The notes under the pieces were generated by a model, which was given only the letters and a program-made list of their open reading frames with translations, had not been told where the DNA came from and did no database searches. Positions 1 through 9,697 of a stretch of DNA of 64,000 nt are shown here, piece after piece; position 1 is the stretch's first letter; every line of letters starts with the position of its first letter. Position numbers and translations under genes: made by a program. Location: positions 2,528,001 through 2,592,000 of the forward strand of contig CBDCDS010000003.1 in the NCBI GenBank assembly GCA_965215365.1, read 5' to 3'. This DNA comes from Gammaproteobacteria bacterium (lineage in GTDB: Bacteria > Pseudomonadota > Gammaproteobacteria > Eutrophobiales > Eutrophobiaceae).

Positions 1-515
1 TTTTCCGCTATCACTCTGTTAAAGGCCTGGGGTTCTTTTTGTTGGGCAACATACAGATCAAACACATCTCTGATGGTATAGATTCCGTATTTTAGCATTC
101 TGTTTTTGAGCTTTTTATCTAAAATGCCTGCGCTGTTCTCCAGTCCTATTTGTGTTTGGGTTTCTCTTTGTGTGATTTGATTTATTTTTCCTGGCGCATA
201 AATCATGATGCTGACAGCGGTTGTGTCAACTTGTATTTCAAAGCGATTGTGATGGTCTTTGTTCAGCGTGTAGCCTTTTTTTTCTGTCAGGTCGGTTTTT
301 AATCCTGTTAAAATTTCTTCTGTATTGTCTTTGTTTTCGTGCCATAAAAAGAAATCCAGATCCGTGCTGATTCGATGATTCCATCTGGATGCCAATACCG
401 TGCCGCCGCCCAGGGTCAGGCTGTCCATATTTTCTTTTAAGTTCGCATGTAATACCGGTGCGATCCGGTATAGCGCGGTTTGTGTGTTTTTTGCGATAGG
501 ACAGTGCGTTAGCAT
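1..515 (-). CDS. Nucleotidyltransferase AbiEii/AbiGii toxin family protein (3' end runs off window)
   Basis: Not in the ORF track; translated manually from ATG at 515: MLTHCPIAKNTQTALYRIAPVLHANLKENMDSLTLGGGTVLASRWNHRISTDLDFF...KKLKNRMLKYGIYTIRDVFDLY. The GGT..R.S.DLD and K....R....RD..DL motifs are typical of DNA pol-beta-like AbiEii proteins. AT-richer than its flanks. Confidence 0.75.
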   Translation of the reverse strand, partial: MLTHCPIAKNTQTALYRIAPVLHANLKENMDSLTLGGGTVLASRWNHRISTDLDFFLWHENKDNTEEILTGLKTDLTEKKGYTLNKDHHNRFEIQVDTTAVSIMIYAPGKINQITQRETQTQIGLENSAGILDKKLKNRMLKYGIYTIRDVFDLYVAQQKEPQAFNRVIAE

Positions 516-570
516 TGGTTTCGTGGTCTTTTTCAAGGGCGTCTCTAATTTTTTGGAGGCGCCCGGAATA

Positions 571-656
571 TGGTGCCGATGGCCGGATTCGAACCGGCAC
601 GCCTTGTGGGCACTGCCCCCTCAAGACAGCGTGTCTACCAATTCCACCACATCGGC
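571..656 (-). tRNA. tRNA-Leu (anticodon GAG)
   Basis: Reverse complement GCCGATGTGGTGGAATTGGTAGACACGCTGTCTTGAGGGGGCAGTGCCCACAAGGCGTGCCGGTTCGAATCCGGCCATCGGCACCA: cloverleaf, long variable arm, GTTCGAATC T-loop, CCA end. Conserved position downstream of secG. Confidence 0.97.
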
Positions 657-689
657 ACAGATTGGATTGCGAGGTCGGTAAGCCCTGCC

Positions 690-1073
690 CTATTCCGGGA
701 TTTGCGGCAGGTCTGCATCCGGCGTCGCGGCCGAGGATTCGTCCGGGAGTTCGTCCGGGGGCGTCTCAGCCGGCTCTGCCGGTTGTTCGAGCAACGCCGG
801 TTCGATGATATTCAGACGTCCGGCCTCCAGGCTTTGCTGCTTGGCCATCCAGGCCAGGGCCAGACTGTTGAGCAGGAATACGAACGCCAGGGCTGTTGTC
901 GTCCGGGTCATAAAGTTACCGGAGCCGGCGGCGCCGAACACGGTGGCCGACGCGCCGCTGCCGAAGGCCGCGCCGGCATCGGCACCCTTCCCGTGCTGTA
1001 ACAGAATAAAAGCAATCAATGCGATGGCGCAGAGTACCTGCACCACCAGTAATAGGGCCTGTAATGTTTCCAC
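690..1073 (-). CDS. secG: Preprotein translocase subunit SecG
   Basis: ILLQHGKGADAGAAFGSGASATVFG...NFMTRTT signature; GTG start at 1073; tpiA-secG-tRNA-Leu synteny. Confidence 0.95.
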   Translation of the reverse strand: METLQALLLVVQVLCAIALIAFILLQHGKGADAGAAFGSGASATVFGAAGSGNFMTRTTTALAFVFLLNSLALAWMAKQQSLEAGRLNIIEPALLEQPAEPAETPPDELPDESSAATPDADLPQIPE

Positions 1074-1075
1074 TG

Positions 1076-1831
1076 TTACCTCGCAGCCCGGCAAATTGCC
1101 AGGAAGTCGTCGATATTCAAGGAAGCGCCGCCGATCAACCCGCCGTCCACATCCGCCATGGCAAACAGCGCGGCGGCATTATCGGCCTTGACGCTACCGC
1201 CGTAAAGGATGCGCAGCGCGTCGGCGGCCCGATCATCGTGGCGGGCCACTTGCAGCCGGATGAAGCTGTGGGCTGCCTGCGCCTGTTCCGGCGTGGCGGT
1301 GCGCCCGGTACCGATAGCCCACACCGGCTCGTAGGCAATGACCGTGTTGCGGAAGCAGTCTGTACCGGCCACGCTGATGACTGCGTTCAGCTGTTCTGCC
1401 AACACCTGTTCGGTGACACCTGCCTCCCGTTCCTCCAGGCGCTCGCCTAAGCATAATATCACCCGCAGGCTATGTGCTTGCGCCTGACGGAACTTTGCTG
1501 CCACCGTGGCATCGGTCTCTCCCAGAATATGGCGTCGCTCCGAGTGCCCGATGATAACATAGCGGCAGCCATAATCGTTCAGCATGGCAGCTGAAATTTC
1601 GCCGGTGTAAGCCCCGTTATCATAAGCCGCAAGCGTCTGCGCGCCCAGGCCGATACTGCTGCCGGCGAGCAGCTCCGCCGCCAGCGGGATATGTATGAAC
1701 GGCGGACAAACCAAGACTTCCACGCCGTTCTCCGGTAATCCTTGCCTGAGCCCGCCCAGCAACGCCCGCACGGATGCGCGAGCACCGTTCATCTTCCAGT
1801 TGGCGGCTACCAGGGGTTGTCGGTCGGTCAT
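1076..1831 (-). CDS. tpiA: Triosephosphate isomerase
   Basis: AANWKMN, IIGHSERR, AYEPVWAIGTG, YGGSV, GGASL motifs; start MTDRQP at 1831. Confidence 0.97.
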   Translation of the reverse strand: MTDRQPLVAANWKMNGARASVRALLGGLRQGLPENGVEVLVCPPFIHIPLAAELLAGSSIGLGAQTLAAYDNGAYTGEISAAMLNDYGCRYVIIGHSERRHILGETDATVAAKFRQAQAHSLRVILCLGERLEEREAGVTEQVLAEQLNAVISVAGTDCFRNTVIAYEPVWAIGTGRTATPEQAQAAHSFIRLQVARHDDRAADALRILYGGSVKADNAAALFAMADVDGGLIGGASLNIDDFLAICRAAR

Positions 1832-1926
1832 TACAGTCTGAATTTGAAAAAGGATGCCAAGATTAGCGGAACTATCTGAAAAGTCAAAGGTGAATAGCGG
1901 ATGGGCAAGACACAGGCATGTCTTCG

Positions 1927-2664
1927 TTACACCGCGAGCAGCATTTCGAGCTCGTTGCGGTTCAGCTCCCAGTGCTGCCCCGGGCGTTTCGCGCGCGGGA
2001 GGGTGCAGGGGCCGTAGCGGATGCGTATCAGGCGATTGACCTGCAAGCCCTGAGCTTCCCATAACCGCCGCACTTCCCGGTTGCGGCCTTCCGTCAGCAC
2101 GACCTGATACCAGCGATTGTGGCCCTGGCCGGCGCCCCGGGAGACGGTCTTGAAGCGAGCCACCCCGTCTGCCAGTTGCACGCCGGTCGTGAGCGCCCGC
2201 AGTTGCGCAGTCGTGGGTCGCCCCAGCACGCGCACGGCATACTCGCGTTCGACCTGATGGCGCGGGTGCATGAGTCGAGCTGCCAGCGCGCCGTCATCCG
2301 TAAACAACAGCAAACCGCTGGTGTTGAGGTCCAGGCGCCCGACATTGACCCAGCGTCCGCGTGTCAGTGTCGGCAACCCGGCAAACACCGTGCGCCGCCC
2401 CTGCGGGTCGGTGGCGGTGCAGATTTCACCCTGAGGTTTGTAATAGGCCAGCACTTTCGGCCCGGCTTGCTGCGCGCCCTTGTGTGGCGGGCGCAGTTGT
2501 ACGCGGCGCCGGTCGATATTGACTCGGTCATGCGGGTTGAGCTTGTCGCCCGGCTGCGCCACCTGGTCGTTCACGCGCACGCGCCCGGCCTTGATCAGCT
2601 CGTCGATATGACGACGGGAACCGAATCCGGCGGCGGCCAGGACTTTCTGGATGCGATCTGGCAT
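1927..2664 (-). CDS. rluB: 23S rRNA pseudouridine synthase RluB family
   Basis: S4 domain (RIQKVLAAAGFGSRR), VGRLDLNTSGLLLFT, EGRNREVRR; scpA-scpB-rluB synteny. Confidence 0.9.
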   Translation of the reverse strand: MPDRIQKVLAAAGFGSRRHIDELIKAGRVRVNDQVAQPGDKLNPHDRVNIDRRRVQLRPPHKGAQQAGPKVLAYYKPQGEICTATDPQGRRTVFAGLPTLTRGRWVNVGRLDLNTSGLLLFTDDGALAARLMHPRHQVEREYAVRVLGRPTTAQLRALTTGVQLADGVARFKTVSRGAGQGHNRWYQVVLTEGRNREVRRLWEAQGLQVNRLIRIRYGPCTLPRAKRPGQHWELNRNELEMLLAV

Positions 2665-2670
2665 GACGGG

Positions 2671-3333
2671 CTAGTTTCTCTGCAAGGGAATAACGTTATC
2701 GTCCTCGAACGCAGCGGGCGCCGGCTCAGTATCCTGAGCAGCGGGCCGGGCCGCCGTATCCGGCTGCGGCCCGGTCTGCTCGAACAAGTCCGGCTCAATC
2801 TGGCTTAAGTCCTTGATTTCGCCCAGTGACGGCAGTTCCTCCAGTGCCTTCAGGTTAAAGTAATCCAGGAAGCGGGAGGTAGTCGCCAGTAACTCCGGGT
2901 GACCGGGCGCTTCCCGGTGCCCCACCACCTTTATCCATTCCCGCTCAAACAAGGTACGCACGATACCGGCACTGAGGCTGACGCCGCGCAAGTCCTCAAT
3001 TTCGCCCCGGGTCACCGGCTGGCGGTAGGCGATAATAGCTAGGGTTTCCAGCAGCGCCTGGGAATAACGCTGTGGCCGTTCCTGGAACAAGCGGTTAATC
3101 CGCTCGGCCAGCTCGGCCCGCACCTGGTAACGGAAGCCGCTCGCCACCTCCTTCAGTTCCACCCCGCGCCCGGCACAGTCGCGCTGCAATTCATCTAGCG
3201 CCTTCCTGACAGCCCGGCGGTCGGGTTTGTCCGGCCCGTCCTCGAACATGGCCAGCAACTCAGTCACGCTCAGCGGGCTGTTCAGCGCCAGCAGCGCCGC
3301 CTCCACGAGGTTTTTCAGTTGCGCCGAGGTCAC
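2671..3333 (-). CDS. scpB: SMC-Scp complex subunit ScpB
   Basis: YSQALLETLAIIAYRQPVTRGEIEDLRGV, FLDYFNLKALEELP. Confidence 0.95.
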   Translation of the reverse strand: MTSAQLKNLVEAALLALNSPLSVTELLAMFEDGPDKPDRRAVRKALDELQRDCAGRGVELKEVASGFRYQVRAELAERINRLFQERPQRYSQALLETLAIIAYRQPVTRGEIEDLRGVSLSAGIVRTLFEREWIKVVGHREAPGHPELLATTSRFLDYFNLKALEELPSLGEIKDLSQIEPDLFEQTGPQPDTAARPAAQDTEPAPAAFEDDNVIPLQRN

Positions 3334-4136
3334 GCAATTGCCCTGACGTAGATGGGGCCGCTGCTGTCATTCTGAACAATTTCAACCAACGCTTCCCGGG
3401 CCAGTTCCAGCAATGCCAACAACACTACGATAACGCCGGGCCGGCCCTCTTCCACGATAAAAAGCTCGTGAAAATGGGTAAACCCCCCGGTCTCGAGCCG
3501 GTCCAGTATGGCTACCATACGTGCTCGCACTGACAAGGGTTCGCGCTGGATCCGGTGGTGAGAGAAGACTTCGGCGCGTCGCAATACCTCGCCGAATGAC
3601 TGCAAAATGGTATCCAGCGCTACTTCCGGGGGGCTGGTGCTGACCTGCTTGCCGGGAAAATCAACCAGCACGGCTAGGCAGTCCCGACCCAGCCGTGGCA
3701 AGTCATCCAGATCCTGCGCCGCCTGCTTGAATATTTCATATTCCTGCAAGCGTCGTACCAGTTCTGCGCGCGGGTCTTCCTCGTCCGCTTCCGGTTGCGG
3801 CCGCGGCAGCAGCATGCGCGACTTGATCTCCGCCAGCATGGCCGCCATCACCAGGTATTCTCCGGCCAGTTCCAGTTGTAACACTTCCATCAGTTCAATG
3901 TAGTTCATGTACTGCTCGGTCACCCTGGCAATGGGAATATTGAGGATGTCCAGGTTCTGGCGCTTGATCAGGTACAACAGCAGGTCGAGTGGGCCGGCGA
4001 AGGCTTCCAGGAATACTTCCAACGCATCGGGCGGGATATATAAATCTCTGGGCACCTCGCTCAGCGGCACGCCCTGCACGATGGCAAACGGCATTTCCTC
4101 CTGCATGGCCGCGCCGGACTTAGCCTGTTCAGGCAT
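3330..4136 (-). CDS. scpA: Segregation/condensation protein ScpA
   Basis: FAGPLDLLLYLI, EYLVMAAMLAEIKSRMLLP, EDPRAELVRRLQEY; start uncertain (4136 or 4106). Confidence 0.93.
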   Translation of the reverse strand: MPEQAKSGAAMQEEMPFAIVQGVPLSEVPRDLYIPPDALEVFLEAFAGPLDLLLYLIKRQNLDILNIPIARVTEQYMNYIELMEVLQLELAGEYLVMAAMLAEIKSRMLLPRPQPEADEEDPRAELVRRLQEYEIFKQAAQDLDDLPRLGRDCLAVLVDFPGKQVSTSPPEVALDTILQSFGEVLRRAEVFSHHRIQREPLSVRARMVAILDRLETGGFTHFHELFIVEEGRPGVIVVLLALLELAREALVEIVQNDSSGPIYVRAIA

Positions 4137-5340
4137 AATCCAGCCCCATGGCCTCGCGCACTTCGGTGAGGGTTTCCCGGGCCACATCGCGCGCAGTTTC
4201 ACAACCTTCATTGATGATGGCGCGCACCGTTTCCGGGTCGTTGAGATAGTCCTCGGCCCGTTCCCGAATGGGTGCCTGCTCGCGAATAATGGCTTCTATC
4301 AGCGGCTTCTTGCAATCCAGGCAGCCGATGCCGGCGCTGCGACAGCCCTGCTGCACCCAATCCTTGAGCGACTTGTCAGAATAGATTTTGTGCAGGTCCC
4401 AGACCGGACATTTTTCCGGGTCGCCCGGGTCCTTGCGACGAATGCGCGCCGGGTCGGTGGGCATGGTTCTCACCTTGTCCTCGACGCGGGCCGGCGGTTC
4501 GCGCAGGGAAATGGTGTTGTTATAAGACTTGGACATCTTCTGCCCGTCGGTGCCCGGCATCTTCGGCGCCTCAGTCAGCAAGGCGCGGGGTTCCGGGAAG
4601 ATCATCTTGCCGCCGCCTTCTAGGTAGCCGACCAGACGTTCGCGGTCGCTGATACTGATATTCTGTTGCACTTCCACCAGTGCCCGGGCTTTTTCCAATG
4701 CTTGCGCGTCACCTTGTTCCTGGTATTTCTTCAATAGTTCAAAATACAGCTTGTTGTTCTTTTTGCCCATCTTGCGGGCCGCCCGCTCGGCCTTGCTCTC
4801 AAAGCCGGGGTCGCGCCCGTACAGGTAATTAAAACGCCGCGCCACCTCGCGCGCCATTTCCACATGGGCCACCTGGTCCTCGCCCACCGGCACGTAGCTG
4901 GCCTTGAAAATGATGATGTCGGCGGTCTGCAACAACGGATAACCAAGAAAGCCGTAGGTGGTCAGGTCTTTTTCATGCAGGCGTTCCTGTTGTTCCTTGT
5001 AGGACGGCACCCGCTCCAGCCAGCTTTGCGGGGTGAGCATGGACAATAACAGGTGCAGCTCTGCATGTTCGGGAATGCGTGACTGGATATACAGTTTGGC
5101 CGCACCGGGATTGATGCCGACCGCCAGCCAGTCAACGATCATCTCCCAAACGTTATTCTCAATGATGCCGGGAGTTTCATACTCGGTGGTGAGGGCGTGC
5201 CAGTCCACGACGCTGAAAAAACACTCGTACTCGTTTTGCAACCTGATCCAGTTTTTCAAGACACCGTGGTAGTGCCCCAGGTGCAACGCGCCGGTGGGCC
5301 TCATGCCGGACATCACCCGCTGGTTCGCAGAAATAGCCAA
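4129..5340 (-). CDS. trpS: Tryptophan--tRNA ligase
   Basis: SGMRPTGALHLGH (HIGH), GYPLLQTADI, VPVGEDQ, KMSKS. Confidence 0.97.
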   Translation of the reverse strand: MAISANQRVMSGMRPTGALHLGHYHGVLKNWIRLQNEYECFFSVVDWHALTTEYETPGIIENNVWEMIVDWLAVGINPGAAKLYIQSRIPEHAELHLLLSMLTPQSWLERVPSYKEQQERLHEKDLTTYGFLGYPLLQTADIIIFKASYVPVGEDQVAHVEMAREVARRFNYLYGRDPGFESKAERAARKMGKKNNKLYFELLKKYQEQGDAQALEKARALVEVQQNISISDRERLVGYLEGGGKMIFPEPRALLTEAPKMPGTDGQKMSKSYNNTISLREPPARVEDKVRTMPTDPARIRRKDPGDPEKCPVWDLHKIYSDKSLKDWVQQGCRSAGIGCLDCKKPLIEAIIREQAPIRERAEDYLNDPETVRAIINEGCETARDVARETLTEVREAMGLDYA

Positions 5341-5361
5341 TCGTTTCCTCCTGAAAGTTTA

Positions 5362-5515
5362 AGGGTGCCTCTAAAAATTATAGGCACCCGTGCGGCATAA
5401 GGATATGCCGCCATTTTTAAGCACGTAAGTGCTTGAAAATGAAGGAAATGAAAAATCACATTTTTTCATTTCCGTCTTTAAAAATGCCACGGAGGGCACA
5501 TAAGCAGAGGCACCT
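5362..5515 (+). repeat. Repeat family A, copy 1 (~154 bp MITE-like, multi-hairpin element)
   Basis: Inverted match to 33997-34149; terminal inverted repeats AGGGTGCCTCT...AGAGGCACCT; four internal hairpins. Confidence 0.85.
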
Positions 5516-5547
5516 GTTATAATACTACCTTCAATGCGTCAATCAAT

Positions 5548-6111
5548 ATGAAATTTTTTCTCGATTTCTTGCCCGGGCTGGCTTTCCTGGTGGCTCTGTT
5601 TATCCCCGCAGACCGGCAACAGGGGTTGTATCTGGCGACGCAGGTGTTAATCGTAGCATCCCTGCTGCAAATTTTCTTGGTCTGGTTACTCACCGGCAAG
5701 GTTGAGAAACAATACGTGGCAATCTTCCTGGTAGTACTGGTGCTGGGCGCCGCCACCCTGCTGCTCAAGGATGAGCGTTTTATCAAGTGGAAACCGACTA
5801 TCGTGTTCTGGATTTTTTCCCTGGCCTTTCTGCTCAGTGCGCACCTTGGCAGCCGCAACCTGACGCAGCGGCTCATGGGTCAGGCTTTCAACGCGCCGCA
5901 AAACGTCTGGATGCAGGCCAACCTGTCGTTCGTGGGGTTCTTCATGCTGTGCGGCTTTATCAATCTGTTCGTGGCCTACAACTTCAGCACCGAGGTCTGG
6001 GCCATGTTCAAATTGTTCGGTTTTCTGGCCTTGAACGTCTTATACCTGCTGGGTCTGGTCATGTTCCTGGCCCGGTATGCAGTGGAACAATCCCCAGGCA
6101 ACAAGGACTGA
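5548..6111 (+). CDS. yciB: Inner membrane protein YciB/IspZ (septation protein A family)
   Basis: MKFFLDFLP, DERFIKWKPTI, WAMFKLFG motifs; adjacent to bolA. Confidence 0.92.
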   Translation: MKFFLDFLPGLAFLVALFIPADRQQGLYLATQVLIVASLLQIFLVWLLTGKVEKQYVAIFLVVLVLGAATLLLKDERFIKWKPTIVFWIFSLAFLLSAHLGSRNLTQRLMGQAFNAPQNVWMQANLSFVGFFMLCGFINLFVAYNFSTEVWAMFKLFGFLALNVLYLLGLVMFLARYAVEQSPGNKD

Positions 6112-6165
6112 CCCGGCCGGAATCAAGGAATCAATATGACCAGAACAGTTAGCCCCTGAGCCGAT

Positions 6166-6438
6166 ATGGATCGAGTCGCGCATATTCGCGCCAGGCTGCA
6201 ACAAGCGCTGGCGCCTGAACGCCTGGAAATTACCGATGACTCACACCTGCACGTCGGTCATGCCGGCGCGGCCGGCGGTGCCGGCCACTATACCGTGCAC
6301 ATCATCAGTTCCCGCTTCCGGGACTGTTCCACCCTGGCACGACACCAGCTGGTCTATCAGGCGCTCAGCGACATGATGCCGCAGGATATTCACGCGTTGA
6401 GCATCACTGCGCGCGCGCCAGAAGAAGCAGACACCTGA
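6166..6438 (+). CDS. bolA: BolA family protein
   Basis: LEITDDSHLHVGH, ARHQLVYQAL, IHALSI. Confidence 0.92.
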   Translation: MDRVAHIRARLQQALAPERLEITDDSHLHVGHAGAAGGAGHYTVHIISSRFRDCSTLARHQLVYQALSDMMPQDIHALSITARAPEEADT

Positions 6439-6453
6439 CGGAGGTAAGACATT

Positions 6454-7938
6454 ATGGCGTGGCAACCGGGCCGACGGCCGATTACCCGGAGTTTTGAAGA
6501 TTTCACCAACATTGCCCGCGCCCGGGCGGATGCCACCTTGCATGTTGACGGCGCCACCGGGCAGCTCCGGGTCACCGATCGGGAAAATCCGTTTCAACGC
6601 CTGATTATCTGGGTGCGCGACAAGCTGCATTTGCAGTCGCAGCAGCAGCCGGCCCCGACCCGGCACGAAGAGGTACGGGGGGCGTACAATCGGTTTTTAC
6701 AAGCGGTGTCGGCAGAGCATCGCTACCGGGAGCTGACGCCCTGGCTGGAGGACACCCTGGCGGCGGACATCATGGCTGCCGACCCAAAACCACTCACGAC
6801 CCGTAAAATACGCGACATCACGGTACGCCTTGATGAGTTGGCGCGCAACGGCGCCGAGACCCGTCTCAACGCCGACTACTTCTCCGGCCGTGCAGGGAGC
6901 AACTCCCTGCATAACATGCTGGAGGATGAGGCGGCTAAACGGCCACTACTGGAAGAAGCGGACTTCAAGTTGTCCGAGGCTGAGATTGAGCAGCTGTCCG
7001 ACGCTATTCACGACGCAATCATAGCCAGATTTCGCGCCGACCGGCAGGAAGTCAGTCGTCAGGATGGCAGCAGTATAGCCGCGCAACTGGTGAACGAAAC
7101 ACTGGCCGCGCACGAGCAGCGCCTGCGCGCCGAGCGTGGCGTTGCCAGCGCCACGGCGACACAGCAGCCCGACACCATTGCGCCCGACGAACTGCCACGC
7201 GCTATACTCCCATCCGATACACTTCTGCCCGAGGTGCTTTCGCCGGATGTGCTTTCGCCCGACGAACTGCCGTCCGCTGTGCCTCTGCCCGACGCACTTC
7301 TACCCGCTGTGCCTCCGCCCGACACCAGGGGCGCGTCTCGGGACGACGGGCAGGAGCAGGGAGATGTTGGGGTTGGCGACGGCGACATGGCAGCGGCGCA
7401 GCCGCAGGGCAAGGTTGCCGACACCGGCGTCAGAGACGGCGCCCCCGACCCGGAACAGACCGACAGCCGCATGTCGCACAGTACCCTTCGACGTTCGTTC
7501 AGGCCGGGTCGGGGCAGCGCCCGGCGCAGCAGCACGCTGGCCGCCCGCGCCAGACCGTCAGCCGGTCACGAGCGGTCAGTGACTATCGAGCGCGCGCGCC
7601 TGACGGACTACCTGAAAGATATCGAACTGCCCAAAGAGATCCGGGGCGCGGTGAAAATACTGATCCGGGACGGCAGTGTGCGCAACTACCAGGAACTGTT
7701 CGAGGCAGTGAACAAGGCCACCTTTGAGTGGGCCTGTGCCAACCGGCTGCGGAGCTGGTATGGCGAAGCGTTAAAGGAGCAGAATATCAAGCACGGTAAA
7801 AAACAGGAGGCGCCGGCACAGCTGGTTGCGGCGCTGCGCGCCAGGATGGTGAGTGACCGAGAGGCACTGGATTATCCGAATTTCAAGCAGCAGGCGCGCT
7901 TGCTGATTGGTAAATTTGTCCTCGGGCAGCCGTTATGA
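6454..7938 (+). CDS. Putative T3SS effector with N-terminal chaperone-binding-like domain and Pro-rich repeats
   Basis: N-terminal pattern (F..F, FQRLIIW, FLQAV, KPLTTRKI) shared with ORFs at 42279 and 47518; at the edge of the T3SS cluster; GGAGG RBS. Confidence 0.55.
   Translation: MAWQPGRRPITRSFEDFTNIARARADATLHVDGATGQLRVTDRENPFQRLIIWVRDKLHLQSQQQPAPTRHEEVRGAYNRFLQAVSAEHRYRELTPWLEDTLAADIMAADPKPLTTRKIRDITVRLDELARNGAETRLNADYFSGRAGSNSLHNMLEDEAAKRPLLEEADFKLSEAEIEQLSDAIHDAIIARFRADRQEVSRQDGSSIAAQLVNETLAAHEQRLRAERGVASATATQQPDTIAPDELPRAILPSDTLLPEVLSPDVLSPDELPSAVPLPDALLPAVPPPDTRGASRDDGQEQGDVGVGDGDMAAAQPQGKVADTGVRDGAPDPEQTDSRMSHSTLRRSFRPGRGSARRSSTLAARARPSAGHERSVTIERARLTDYLKDIELPKEIRGAVKILIRDGSVRNYQELFEAVNKATFEWACANRLRSWYGEALKEQNIKHGKKQEAPAQLVAALRARMVSDREALDYPNFKQQARLLIGKFVLGQPL
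7177..7325 (+). repeat. Degenerate 15-bp (5-aa) tandem repeat in CDS
   Basis: IAPDE LPRAI LPSDT LLPEV LSPDV LSPDE LPSAV PLPDA LLPAV PPPDT. Confidence 0.7.
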
Positions 7939-7983
7939 GCGCGCTGGCGGAGAGCCTACGGAAGTGGCTACACGCCGACCGCT

Positions 7984-8760
7984 TCAGACCAGGGTGAACA
8001 GGTCGGCAATGGCCTCAATGAGTGTGATCAGCTCATGCTCCAGTGAACGGATCAGTATCTGCCAGTAAATCAGCAGGATAAACACGGCGACCAGACACTT
8101 GATCGGCATTGATAGAAAAAACACGTCAAGCTGAGGTGCAAACCTGCCAATCAGCCCCATGCACAGCTCGGTGAGAAACAGGGTGATGACCAGTGGCGCG
8201 GCAAGTAATACACACAGCTCCAACGTGTACAACAGGTTTCTGACCAGAAAATCGACCAGTTCCAGCGAGAACTGCGGAAAAAATTCGCTCGCCGACCACA
8301 CTGCGTAACTCTGGAAAATAAGACTCATATACAGGTAAAACCCGCCCACCATAAAAAATATGAAAATACAGCTGTGCAACATCAGGGTGCCAAACGGCGA
8401 GCTCTGATCGCCCACCAGCGGGTCCAGGGAGCTGGCGGCGGTGGCGCCGCGCTGGTTATCGATGAGGTTGCCGACCGCCTGGAAGCCCCAGAAAATCGCC
8501 AGCGGCACAATGCCCAGCAGCAACCCCAAAAACAATTCCTTGATAACCAGCACCAGCAGGTAGTCAAAGGTGATTCCGGGCTGAACCTGTGCGCTCACCA
8601 GAGGATAAACGAAAATCCCCATCAGCAGCACAATGGCGCCCCGGGCCTGCATGCCACCTATCAGTTCGGCCTTGAAGAACGGCGCGAACAAGAGCGCGCC
8701 GCCGATACGCGGCAGGCTCAGCGCAACAGCCAGCAGGTACTCGTAAGCCGTTGCCGGCAC
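7984..8760 (-). CDS. sctT: T3SS export apparatus SctT
   Basis: KELFLGLLLG, GNLIDNQRG, GLIGRFAPQLDVFFLSMPIK. Confidence 0.95.
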   Translation of the reverse strand: MPATAYEYLLAVALSLPRIGGALLFAPFFKAELIGGMQARGAIVLLMGIFVYPLVSAQVQPGITFDYLLVLVIKELFLGLLLGIVPLAIFWGFQAVGNLIDNQRGATAASSLDPLVGDQSSPFGTLMLHSCIFIFFMVGGFYLYMSLIFQSYAVWSASEFFPQFSLELVDFLVRNLLYTLELCVLLAAPLVITLFLTELCMGLIGRFAPQLDVFFLSMPIKCLVAVFILLIYWQILIRSLEHELITLIEAIADLFTLV

Positions 8761-8769
8761 AGCAGCCTC

Positions 8770-9033
8770 TTATAACCGGTTGATGAGGTTGAAGGAATAC
8801 ATGGTGAACTCCGCCAGATCAGCGCCAATCCATAAACCAATGATCATCAGTCCGACGACCACGGCCGTGAGCTTGAACAGGAAGGTAACAGTCTGTTCCT
8901 GTAACTGCGTCAGTGCCAGCAGCAGGCTGATGAGAATACCGACCATCGCAGTAATGACAATCGGCGGCAGCGAAATGATCAGGATGAGCATCAGCGCCTG
9001 CTCCACGAGCTCAACGATGATGGACTTGTCCAT
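8770..9033 (-). CDS. sctS: T3SS export apparatus SctS
   Basis: VGILISLLLALTQLQEQTVTFLFKL, 87 aa, between sctR and sctT. Confidence 0.95.
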   Translation of the reverse strand: MDKSIIVELVEQALMLILIISLPPIVITAMVGILISLLLALTQLQEQTVTFLFKLTAVVVGLMIIGLWIGADLAEFTMYSFNLINRL

Positions 9034-9037
9034 GGCG

Positions 9038-9697
9038 TCAGGCGTAGGTCATAGCCAGATTGTTCAGCAACAACGCCCAGCCGTCAACAAACACGAACAG
9101 CAGCAGTTTGAACGGCAGCGAGATAGTCATCGGCGACATCATCATCATGCCCATGGCCAGCAGGATGTTGGAGACTACAATATCGACGACGATGAACGGC
9201 ACGTAGATGATAAAGCCGATTTCAAATGCCTCTTTCAGTTCGGTCAGGGTGAACGCCGGTAACAGCAGGAAGAAATTATCGTCGGTGATGCTGTCCTGCA
9301 CCTGTTCCGGCCATAACTCCTGCGCCATGGTTTTGAACAGGTCAATCATGTCCTGGCTGGCGTTATGTTGCAGGAAGCGGCGATACGGCTCTACGCCCTC
9401 CCCCAGCATGAAACTCAGCAAGCTGCCGTCGGCGAGACTGACGTTGCTGCTTTGGGCCAGCTCGTAGGTCTCTATGAAGACCGGTGCCATGATGTACGCG
9501 GCGATGATCATCGCCAGCGAGTTGACGACGATGGTCGGCGGAATCTGCTGAATACCAATGGCGTTTTTGAGCAGGCTCAATACCACCACAAATTTCAGAA
9601 ACGCCGTACCGATACTTACGATGATCGGCAGCAGGCTGACCAACGCCAGCGTGATGACGATCGTAAGCAGACTGCCGGGGTTCAGCAGTTCATCCAT
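9038..9697 (-). CDS. sctR: T3SS export apparatus SctR
   Basis: NAIGIQQIPP, LLPAFTLTELKEAFEIGF, AMGMMMMSPMTISLPFKLLLFV. Confidence 0.97.
   Translation of the reverse strand: MDELLNPGSLLTIVITLALVSLLPIIVSIGTAFLKFVVVLSLLKNAIGIQQIPPTIVVNSLAMIIAAYIMAPVFIETYELAQSSNVSLADGSLLSFMLGEGVEPYRRFLQHNASQDMIDLFKTMAQELWPEQVQDSITDDNFFLLLPAFTLTELKEAFEIGFIIYVPFIVVDIVVSNILLAMGMMMMSPMTISLPFKLLLFVFVDGWALLLNNLAMTYA

Noticed and set aside
238-1001. ORFs overlapping tRNA-Leu and secG
   Set aside because: They overlap the tRNA; the real coding frame at the left edge is 515 to <1 on the minus strand
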